Source: Paragordius varius
Taxonomy: Eukaryota > Animalia > Nematomorpha
Direction of reading: 5' to 3'
Length of the DNA: 64,000 bases
Assembly (NCBI GenBank): GCA_964247055.1
Contig: OZ176051.1
Span: forward strand, 6,200,001 to 6,264,000
A program made the translations under genes and the position numbers. The notes beneath the pieces are model-generated. The model searched no databases, had not been told where the DNA came from, and worked only from the letters and a program-made list of their open reading frames with translations. Shown piece after piece: positions 1 to 11,700 of this stretch (positions within the stretch are counted from its first letter, which is position 1; each line of letters begins with the position of its first letter).

Positions 1-2609
1 AAGAATGATTCGCATTACTATTATTATTAATCGTGTATTCTTCATCACTGGGTATCAAGGCATATTTCGTACGATGCTTCCCAAATTTTTTAGTGTTGTT
101 AAAACCAAATAATCTGGTATAAAATTGATGCATACGATCGCCTGACTTTTTTCCCGAAACGTTTGATTGTGGTTGTTTTATCTTCCGCATGGCACGTTCT
201 TGTCCAATATTTAGTCTTCGTTTTGTAAGCCGTTCACTCGTTGTAACTCCCATTGATATTTGATATAATTGACAAACTAGGAGTATGGTAACCCAAGCCG
301 AATGTATAAAAGCCTGAATCCAAAACCAACTCACCCATCCGTTACAAAAGATGAGGGAAAAAACTATACGGACAATTGTTTCGGCAAAAGTCTTAATCGT
401 AGCATCCAATGATGGCGGCTTATTATGGATATATCGTTCACTTTGTACTGTTTTATTATTGAAATCATCATTACCTTTATCAATGTGAGCATTTACGGAT
501 TGTACACATTGGGGTAATGTTATCCAATATAAATAAGTAATATACATATACGAGCATAAACATACCAACATAGATGCAATATAAATGACAAATATTTTAT
601 GATTCCGTCGCCCTATGCATGTATTAAGCCAAGGGCAATGATGGTCATGCCTAGCAACACATCGATTACACAGGGCACAATGTTTGGTTCTAGATGGTTT
701 AGGTACAATTAAACATGTCGTACAAATTGATAAATGGGGTTGATAATAATCGCTTAGTTCATTTGCGTCATTATTATCCAAGAGTGAAAATTGTATATCG
801 GTATTGTCAGAATGATTTTCAAATTGTGGTTTTTGCATTAAACCGTAATGAGCATTGAATGTTTGAACAATTTGTTCGCAATGATACCGTAAATATTCAA
901 TCTCAGTATCGATAGCAATTTGAGGTGTCGTTTTGTTAGATGCGTTTTGGGTATGTTTGAAACCCAAAAAAGCATAAATGAAATGAAAACAATTTGACCA
1001 TTCCTTACTTTGATGGTCGGTGCATGAGTTATGGTTTGGGGCCTCACTTTCAAATTTATTTCTTGGTTGAATAATAACAGGGTTATCATTCGTTGATAGA
1101 GATGATTCCGATTTTTGTGAATTAATTGCTTTACACAAGGTTTGAAGACGTTTTAACTTAGTTCTCACATCAAATTGGGGTATGTACCCTGGGTCCATGA
1201 CCAAACACGTAATGTAGGATAAAAGCATACATATGGAAGAAATGCTAAATATAATGAGGCAAGGCACACTAATCCTGTGTCCATAGACGTTTAAAGTGGG
1301 TAAAAGTATGACAAACAATGTCCCATAAAATGCTAACATTGTTGAAAGATACAGGGAAAAGGGCATAAATGTGCCAATATCTCGATCAAACATGATTTGT
1401 CCAACACCGAGCCAAAGAGCCAACCACAAGGCTATACATAAAATTTTATAGCCCACGTTAAAATGATGATAATCTGTCACAAAAAATGATGAAAGAACTA
1501 ATCCTATAAAGCATATGGTTGTAGGTATAAAACATGACATGATTGTGTTTCTAACACGTTTTCCTGCACAAATAGCCACCCTATATGAATATATATATAT
1601 ATTATGGAAAATTTTTTAGATTGCAATTTTTTAGCAAAAACCTGCATGGTAACCGTAATTCTAAGCGTTTAGTATTGTAAAGTTTATCGTAAATCAACAA
1701 AATTCGCTGCAAATGTAGGGGGTAATGAGTATTCTTCACATTTATCTAAAATTAGAAGGTTAATTATTACTGAAAATAATTAAAATACGATAATAATTGT
1801 TTATTAAAATGAATGTAAATCATAATTTGTTGAGATAAAACCGTTTGAAAAAGATCAGGTTCATAGGTAATAAATGTAGAAATGGCTGAAGTGTTAGCTG
1901 AAGCTAAAGCTTGAGTTAATGGAGATTCATTGCGATCAGTGCTGGTATTGAGGGGCGACGCATTAAAGGCTAAAAGAATGCGAAAAACATCAGGGGCAAA
2001 ACATCTCTGAGTTGCAAGGGATAAATAATTTTGTTCTGTAGTTTTATTGATAAATGCGTTCCAATTATCAGGCATTGTAAATTTGGTGGTTAAACTTGTA
2101 GATTTGTCAATCATAAGCAAAAGAGCTTTGCATAATAAAACTAACAAAATATGATAATGACCAAAATGTGTTGCGGTGGATATTGCATCGTAATTTTCTT
2201 TATCTTTCAAAAAAATATCAGCTTGATGATTTATCAAAAAAATGACTGATTTTACTTTCCCTTGTCTTATTGCCCAATGAAGAGGTGTTGAATCCATATA
2301 TCCACCTATACCATTGACATTGGAATTTAATGCGTATAATATTTTCATGATAGAAATATATCCATTTATTGCAGTCCAATGCAAAAGAGTACATCCCTGT
2401 TCATCCTTTTTTCCAACAATTTCCGATAAAACTTTTTTCGATGCCAAACCATTGATTTTTATGATGCCGTCTTTATAAAATAAAGGATTCTTATGATCAT
2501 TTAATAGGTTGTAAACTCTATTGAAATTTTGAACAAAATCATTTAGGTTTCCATATTGCGTAGATCGGACAAGATCATTGAAAACACTATCGATATCATT
2601 AATATTCAT
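1..2609 (-). CDS. ZDHHC17: Ankyrin-repeat DHHC palmitoyltransferase (ZDHHC17/13, HIP14-like); 3' end runs off the window
   Basis: ORF 2609-1767 has ankyrin repeats ([20 protein letters not shown]). An unlisted open exon 1580..1 encodes TM helices, DPGY and [38 protein letters not shown] (DHHC-CRD). A probable small middle exon lies at ~1746-1640 with GT-AG introns. Confidence 0.9.
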
Positions 2610-2682
2610 ATAAATTATATCAGCCGATAAACTTACAATTGATTAACCAAGCAATCTTTTTTTCATACGGTTTCTAAATAAT
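2610..2682. promoter_or_regulatory. Putative very compact bidirectional promoter/5' UTR region
   Basis: 73 bp separate the divergent ATGs of the DHHC gene (2609, -) and NAA10 (2683, +). Promoter function is inferred, not shown. Confidence 0.55.
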
Positions 2683-4369
2683 ATGAATATAAGGAATGCA
2701 CAGGTTTAATTTTATCTGATAAAATAATTAGCCTGACGATTTAATAAACATTCAAAATTGTAATTTACTATGTCTCCCAGAAAATTACCAAATGAAATAT
2801 TTTTTGTATCATATTTTGTCTTGGCCACAAGTTATTTTCCAATCATATTTCTAGTTATCCTACATAGCTGAAAACGAAAAATGCGAAATAATTGGATATG
2901 TTCTGGCTAAGATGTAAAATAATTAGATTTAAAAATATATCCTTAAAATTGAAGTTATACTGACAAATTATTTTAAAAAAGACAATCATTTAAATTTTTG
3001 AATAAACTATATAATTACAAATGAATAATAACCTCATATTTTTATTTTGTAAACTGAAACTATAGTTTCCTGGTTATAAAATATGGTTGTTTTTGAGAAA
3101 AAATGAGATTTTTAACTTAATTTTTTTAGGGAAGAGGATTCAGACGATGAACCACATGGTCACATAACTTCTCTAGCTGTCAAACGCCCATATCGAAGGT
3201 TGGGTCTTGCCCAAAAACTAATGGATCAAGCAACTTATGCCATGGTAGAATGTTTTAAGGCCAAATACGTGTTTTTACATGTTAGACGGAGTAATCGGGC
3301 GGCATTTAACCTCTACAATCATACGTTCAAGTTTAAGTATGTGAAAAATCTTATTTTTTATGAGGATTTTCCTTTTTTCATCAGTTTTTGGGAATTTCTT
3401 TATGATGTTTTTTTTATTTAAAACATGTTGGGTCATTGACTCTTTAAAAGATAAGAACCGCTTATAAATGCAGTTATTTATAGTTATAAATAGCCAATAT
3501 GACTGCAAATATATCTTTTAACCTAACGAAAAACCAGTTTACTAAATTATTTGTTTTAATAGCCTTATTTAACTTTTCTTATAATGTTTTATACTATTAT
3601 TTAAAATATGGTTTTTATCATGTAAACATGTATTTTATTAAAAAGATAAATGTTTTAAACGGTCAGTCATTTTTATAAACAGCTAATCAGACCCAACCAT
3701 ATTTATAAGTATGTTAATCATAACATTTGTAGCATGTACCGTTTGTATATAAAGGGACTGAAATAATAAAATCACGATTGGCAGCCTTTGCCTTTTTTTG
3801 AAATGTGCTAATGTTTTTGCTTAGCAATATAAGCATTTAAAATTTTGAGTAAAACTATTGGAGAAATGATTTGATATTTGATCATTTGATGTAGATTTGC
3901 ATAAAACTATACGTATAAAATTTAATTTATAATAAAATATATTTTTCTGCAATATTTGTTAAATCTTATGATGTTAAACCGTGTAATGTTATTAAATATT
4001 ATTTATTATTCAAAAAAAGTTCTTTTTTATCCTATATATTTTTAAAAAAATTCATATAAAAGTTAGCCTAATACAATATTTGAAAAAATTAATGTTAACA
4101 TTTTCAAGGCACTTGAATAATTACTTCCTCCTGGAAGAGTTTAAAGCTTCATTGTTTTAAATTGAAAATTAATTTTTTTATTAGCATAGTGGAAATCGAA
4201 TATGGTTATTATGCCGATGGCGAAGATGCATTTGCTATGAAGAGGAATTTGGAAAATTTTAAGGTACATTATTGCATATGAAAAATTATAATAGGTTGAA
4301 AAATATTATCAATCTAGATTTAAGCGATTATTTACAAATGATCATATTATCTTTATTCACACAATTTGA
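2683..4369 (+). CDS. NAA10: N-alpha-acetyltransferase 10 (NatA catalytic subunit, ARD1)
   Basis: Exons 2683-2703 (MNIRNAQ), 2732-2830 ([33 protein letters not shown]), 2855-2913 (LSYIAE..GYVLAKM), 3130-3336 ([36 protein letters not shown]), 4185-4263 ([20 protein letters not shown]), probable last exon 4295-4369. All introns are GT-AG with matching phases. Confidence 0.95.
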
Positions 4370-5717
4370 TCTCTTAGATTTGATTTTACAGGTGTTGTAA
4401 TATGTATTGAATTACACCTATATAAGTAATAATTTGATTACAAATATAATTAAGATAACATTGAAGAGTCTGCATACCGGTAAATTTACTTTTTTTGACC
4501 ATAGTTTTGTATCTATTGAAGTATGGTTACACTCACTTTTACCATATCCAAGTTTTTGGTTTAGTGTCAAATAAAAGGTTTACTAATAGTTTGACAATAA
4601 AATAAGTCTGGGTGGATTCTAATTTGTAAGCAAAGTTATTTCATATATTTTAATTGCATATCGTAAAATATTTATCGGGATGTATGAATCAGTTAGGATG
4701 CTTATGCTTTTTTGTAAATTGGTTTAACAAAACAATTTTATCGATTTATCTAGGATTATATCTGATCCATTTTGGGTTTTAATAAAGAAAGAAGTTTTTG
4801 AGTTATAATTTCTTAGTCTATGCAGTTATCATGATTTGCCAATTTTTAAGAAAGTTTTATGCATAGCTTCTTAGTCGTCATTAGGCGTTATAAGTTTTGC
4901 AATTCCCATATGGTGTCAATATTTTTAAATAATATAATTATGTATTTAACATTATTTAATTAATTGGAAATAAAAATACTTATTAATAATTTATATTAGA
5001 TGCGGGCTTCATTGTTATATATACATATTATGGTAACTATCTAAAAAAGTTCAATTTTTGCCATAAAAAATCACGCCTTTTCTGGTATAAAATACTGTGA
5101 AAACTTGGATAACAGAATGAGAGTTAAATGCTAAAAAGAAAAAAATGCAATGGTTAAAATACACTTAGGTCGAAAAAAAATATACAGGAAATCAATTAAG
5201 ATTATTAATTAGCAAAAAACATAAAAGGTATATATTATAAGTATATGCTAATGCAAAAGCCTTTCTAATTGCAGTTATAACATGTTGTAATTGCTAATGT
5301 TTTATTCTTACGTTGATAAGGTACTCTCCCCAGCATAATTAATCCAGTTTTAAAATCTAACTTATCAACACAAAAGTCTGCGAACTTACTCAACTTATTT
5401 CGATTTAAGAAATAATTTTTTGTATCTAGTTTGTTTTATCTAGTTTTAAATACCTCTTTTAGCCGAAAGGAGCCTTTTAAGTAAAGTTGAAAGCTCTTTA
5501 AGATATAAAATAATATTTAAATTTTATATGGAAATGATTCATTTTTGTATTTTGTCATCTAAAACACTTTGGTAAAGGTTAGACAATTTTCTAAACTTTA
5601 TAATAATTGGGCAGTTTAGAGAAATTTTAAGTGTATACGTATACAATAGCAGATATTTAGCCCACATTTCATAAAAAAATTTAAAAATTATATATCGAAA
5701 TAATCAATTTTATGTAG

Positions 5718-8700
5718 CTTCCCACTCTCACGAATCCACAATCTCTTGTAGCCGATGATAATGAAGATAATAAGAAGATATTTGAATCATTTACACATGA
5801 TATGGCACACAATTTGCCTGACACCGCCTTCAAAGATTTCGAAAAATGTCCCATGTTTTCGAAACTTGCTTCTAAATCATCGACCGTCACCACCCTCGAT
5901 CATCCTGAGTTATCTCCCCAATCTGGTGATAATAATACGCTTCATAAACAGACATCCTCAATTAAACAAATTCCCATTCAGGTTGAACAACATAGTGTTA
6001 ACGATAAAGAGCCCAATAAGGATAAAAATAGAAATATGATTAAAACAAAGGAAAATGAACAACCTCATCCATCAGAATACAATAGCAATCATTCTACTGC
6101 CGGTACCAATAATACTCATTATCATCCAAAAAATAAAAGTGGTAAGGCACATGATATAAGGCAAAGATTGCAACAAAAATTGGCGGCTTCTCATCATCAA
6201 CACCATAATGATTGTCAGCATGGTGAACATTCACATCATATGATGAATAATTTAGGTTTTATATCTTTTTAAGGGTTATAATACAAAACGAGAGAGTTAT
6301 TAATGGCCATTTCGGTATTTTAAATGATTAAAGGAACTCTGATTTATATCTCATTGGTATGTATTACTCATTTTTATTAATTACAAATTAAATTGTAAAA
6401 AAAATACAGTAGCGCCTGTTCGATATGAAATATCATATTAGCAATCAAAATCGAATGTCTAATACAGGGGTGTCCAACAGGGTACTCGCGACCACTAGTG
6501 GCTCATTGAAAATTTTGAGTGGCTCTTTGAAAATTTTGAAAAAAAAATTTTTTTAAAAAAAAAATAATTTTTAATTTTTTTTAAAAATTTTTATATGTAA
6601 AATATGCATTTTTATTTTGACATTTAAATTATTTTTAGAAACTTTTAATAAAATTCTTTATTATAAATATCTATCATCGCATTCATTTAATCATTTATAA
6701 AACACATTTTTCCTGCATGTTATTTCCAACTTCAAGATGACTTTCACATTAAATTAAAACATAAAATTACTTGCAAAAAATAGGTATTAAAAATAATTTA
6801 TTTAGCTTTCATATATTATATATATATTTCGTGTTAAAGCTTATCTGTGTTGAGAATAACCATTGTGTAACGTCTACGCAAATAAGGCATGCACACATAA
6901 AAAGAACTTGTGATATAATAGCCAGTCACTTTTTTATTTTGGTTTTCTTTTTATCGCTCAACTCTATTTTAATATACCATATTGCTATACGTGAATAAAT
7001 CTTTTCATTTGGTGCCGTAGCAAAGGCATCTGATACCTACTTTTGACGAGTTGGCCACCAAAGTGGCAAATGGGATAATTTTTTCCACTTTAGACCTGAA
7101 AGATGCTTACTTACAATTTCCGATAGACCGGGCGTCACAGACGCTAGTAACCATCACAACTCACAAAGGGTTTTATGCTTACCAACGACTTCCATTCGGA
7201 TTAACTTCAGCACCTATGATCTTTCAAAGATGCATGGACTATCTTTTAAAGGACATACCTGGTATTTCTGTGTACCTGGATGATGTCTTAATTTCCGGAG
7301 CTACCAGGGAGGAACATGATCAAAGATTAAGGGAAGTATTTAGAAGGTTACAAGAGGCGGGATTACGATTGCGCCGAGACAAATTGCAAATTGGTATCTC
7401 ACGAGTCAAATACATGGGGTACGTAATTTCTGACCAAGGTATTGAGCCGTCCAATGAAAAATTAGAGGCCATTAAAAATTGTCCGGCACCTACAAACAAA
7501 ACTGAGCTACGTTCGTTCTTAGGCTTAATAAATTTTCATGAGCGGTTTATACCAAACTGTCACCCACCTAGCAACCTTACACAAGATAAGTGGAAAGAAT
7601 ACATTGGCGGTGGACCCCGGCAGATGATAGTGAATTCGCGAAAGCAAAAAGCTTGCTAACCAGGCCCCCCGCTTTAATGCCATTTAACGACCGTTTTTCC
7701 TTGTTGATCGAAACAGATGCTTCCAACAAGGGGTTTGGGGCAATACTGTTTCATAAGACCCCACAGGGGAAACGCCCAATTTTTTACGCGTCACGAACTT
7801 GTTCAATAGCAGAAAATGGTTATTCCACGATCGAAAAAGAGGCCAAGGCCATAGTGTTTGCCCTTGAAAAATTTAAATACTTTATATATGGAAGACCGTT
7901 CGAGATATATACAGATCATAAACCGCTAGTGTCACTATTTGGGCGGAAGAGAGACATCAACAACATTAATAATAGCAAACTGCTCAGGTGGATATCGAAT
8001 ACCATCGGGTACGAGTATGAAATATTTTACAAGAAAGGGGAATAAAACTTAGCCGACAGGTTGTCGAGACTTCCCATAGAGCATAGCCAACCAGGTCATG
8101 AAGATGACGCGGCCACCAAGCAGGTACGATTTTTGGCTCTAAAAACGCTGGATGTAAATAAGAAAGTGGTCGAAGAGGCAACGATCACTGACCAACGGTT
8201 ATCAAAAGTTAAAAATGCTCTGAGGACAAACAGTTGGATCGACGAAGATCTGAAAACTTTTTTATTTTGGTTTTCTTTTTATCGCTCAACTCTATTTTAA
8301 TATACCATATTGTTATACCTGAAAAATCAACTTTTCATTTGGTGCCGTGACCAGGATCAGAACCTGGCGCTCTGCAACGAAATTGTCTCTCCTGCGTTTG
8401 TAATGCCCTAGGTACGAATCCTCTAATGACTGCGGCGGCAAACACAGCTGACCTGGGCCAGCCAGAGATGGCGTATTATCCGGAAGGCAGCAGAAACCAA
8501 GATTGGATTGATGATGATGATATTTATGAAGCCAATTATATACGTAGAAGGAGTGATCAGGTCATAACGCCTGAAACTAATGTGTTGACGCCGACACAGC
8601 AGGATTCAAATTATGTTATGGATCAAGCGTATTCAACATACCATATGCAAGACGGTATCTATAATTTTAGTGATCATGGCGATAAACAACAAATCCAATT

Positions 8701-11700
8701 CCAAATGAATCCAATCTTAACCGATGGCGATGGGCCGACACCAATACATACTAATAATAATAATTTCGTTGTTAATCAAAACTTAATTAATCCCAATTAT
8801 GATGAAATGAGTAGTATAATTCAGAATCAAAGACAAGCCAATACCATTCAAAGTGGTTCTACCTCCTATTCGACGACACGTCGAAATATATCTTCTATTC
8901 TGATGACAAATCAACCAAAATACGCCAATTATCAACAATACTATGCAACACGATCTCAGCAACAAGAAGAACCTACATTTTCTAAATTAATGTTACCCGT
9001 GTATGTTTGTGATAGTGTTACAGGTCAATGCCCATGTTTACCCAATGTAACTGGATTGGTATGTGACACGTGTGCCCCTAACCATTGGAACTTAGCTTCG
9101 GGTCGAGGTTGTGAACCATGTTCATGTTGCCTGGCCTCATCCCTCAGCGGTCCGCAATGCAATCAAATGAGTGGACAATGTACGTATAAACCGGGTTTCG
9201 GCGGTCGAACTTGCTCTGATTGTAAAGACAATCATTGGGGTGATCCTAATGTTAAATGTTATCAATGTTCAGGTGACTCCCGTGGTTCAACCTCTTACCA
9301 ATGTGATCGGAAAACGGGGAAATGTGCTTGTCGACCTGGCATTACAGGCATAAAGTGTGATATGTGCGCCCGTGGGACGATTGGACAAGTCCCGGCTTGT
9401 CGTGAATGTGGACAATGTTTCAATGATTGGGATAGAGCTATACAACAACTTTCAACTGAAACCAATTCTCTGGCTGAAAAGGCTGCTCAAATCAAAGATA
9501 CGGGTATAGCCTCCAATTATTCAGAAAGTTTTAAGGGACTTAATAATAAAATAAAGGCTATTCATGATACACTTAGGAGGGCAAATTTAACAACGCAAGA
9601 TCTCAACACTATATCAAACCAAATTGAGGATCTAAGGAAAAAATTATCTCAGCGCTCGGATGAACTAGAAAATCTCATATTGTTTTATGCGTTGTAGGAT
9701 TCTCAAATACCACTTTAATATTTTCCGTTTTTAACCGTTTTGTACTTAAACTCGGGTCAGACGTCGATGTGTCTATTCTTGCATCAGAATCATTTTGAGC
9801 GGGTGTAGTCATTTGGGACAGCAAGTTTCAAATGTGTTCTTCTCAATGCACCAAATATTGCGGCAACAGTATGGTAAAAACAAAAGGATTAGCAATGCAT
9901 CCTCGCAATCAGTAGAAGGATTTACTTTCCATATGTCAGGCGTCGATGCTTTGGTGTGTAAAAGAGATAGATTGGAAAAGATAATCATTGATGCTGCAGC
10001 TAGACAGAAATTGGAATACAAAGCGTACGAAAATGATGATAAAGACAATTGGTATGGAACTATGGGTCCATTTGCAGGATTGATAGTTGGTTATGATTGC
10101 AGGTTCAAAGAACTGCGTTTAGGGCAATCAAGCTTTATCTGCAAAAAGGACATAAGCTTAATAATGCAGAAAGGAAAATATTGGTCAGTTCTTACGGTTT
10201 TTAGGCCAGACACCATGTGTTACTTGATGGGATTACATTTCCACCTGAAAAGAAAGCTTCAATTGCATTATAGTTTATTAAAAGTGTCATTTATTGATCC
10301 AGAAAATTCATTTCAAACGATTCCCAAGGAAAAAGCCTTCTTTAGCGACTGGGTGCTCAGCTTGTGGAATTTCGACCCAACTTCCTATATCACTTGTGTC
10401 TTCAAACTTGTGCCATTCTACTGTGCCCATGTCTAATATGAATAACAACCAAATTGAGGATCTAAGGAAAAAATTATCTCAGCGCTCGGATGAACTAGAA
10501 AATCTCATTGATATTCATGCCAATGTTAATAAACGCATAACGGATTCCATGGCCAAATTAGCCGACATTCAATCCGCAACACAAATATTGCGGAACCAAA
10601 CGAAGGCTTTGGAAGAAAATACCACACGGTTACAAGAGGCTGATCTTGAAGGTGCATTCACCATCATACGTGAAAGTTGGGGTAAAACTCAACAACTTAA
10701 ACAGAATGTCACGAGCGCAATAAGGACAGCTAATGAATCACGTGCTATGCGTCAAAATGTCGGCAAGTAATAAGGATCGCATAGATAAAACCGTAAAAGC
10801 TAATCAACAAATTTTGGTGAAACTTGAAACGCAAATGACCTCCATGAAAAAGGAAGGCTTGGGACAACTCAACACTATGATATGTGATGGTAAAGTGCGA
10901 CCATGTGACCCTGTATGTGGAGGGGCGGGTTGTTCCACCGATAAGGGCGTTATTCATATTAGACATGGGCACAGTAGAATGGCACAAGTTTGAAGACACA
11001 AGTGACATAGAAGTTGGGTTGAAATTCCACAAACTGAGTATCCTGTCGCTAAAATGGCTTTTTCCTTGGGAATCGTTTGAAATGAATTTTCTGGAATCAA
11101 TAAATGGCACTTTTAATAAACTATAATGCAATTGAAGCTTTTTTTCAGGTGGAAATGTACTCCCATCAAGTAACACATGGTGTCTGGCCTGAAAACCGTA
11201 AGAACTGACCAATATTTTCCTTTCTGCATTATTAAGCTTATGTCCTTTTTGCAGATAAAGCTTGATTGCCCTAAGCGCAGTTCTTTGAACCTGCAATCAT
11301 AACCAACTATCATCCCTGCAAATGGACCCATAGTTCCATACCAATTGTCTTTATCATCATTTTCGTACGCTTTGTATTCCAATTTCTGTCTAGCTGCAGC
11401 ATCAATGATTATCTTTTCCAATCTATCTCTTTTACACACCAAAGCATCGACGCCTGACATATGGAAAGTAAATCCTTCTACTGATTGCGAGGATGCATTG
11501 CTAATCCTTTTGTTTTTACTATACTGTTGGCGCAATATTTGGTGCATTGAGAAGAACACATTTGAAACTTGCTGTCCCAAATGACTACACCCGCTCAGAA
11601 TGATTCTGATGCAAGAATGGACACATCGACGTCTGACCCGAGTTTAAGGACAAAACGGTTAAAAACGGAAAATATTAAAGTGGTATTTGAGAATCCTACA

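Noticed and set aside
838-1089. Separate 83-aa ORF, and similar overlapping or antisense ORFs (3275-3508, 5681-5893, 43355-43540, 45866-46072, 46637-46825)
   Set aside because: Alternative-frame or antisense shadows of real exons.
8340-8367. tRNA-His gene fragment on the minus strand
   Set aside because: It includes the complement of the post-transcriptional CCA and sits 2 nt after an LTR end, so it is a PBS, not a tRNA gene.
9795-10436. 213-aa ORF (and its 155/160-aa twins at 11113-11580 and 11870-12352) as a novel repeated protein gene
   Set aside because: These are frameshifted, fused pieces of the viral NP EVE; their C-terminal parts are out-of-frame or antisense translations.
9001-10948. 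Functional laminin-beta gene
   Set aside because: Internal fragment only, with lost cysteines, a frameshift and a viral interruption; no other laminin exons in the window.
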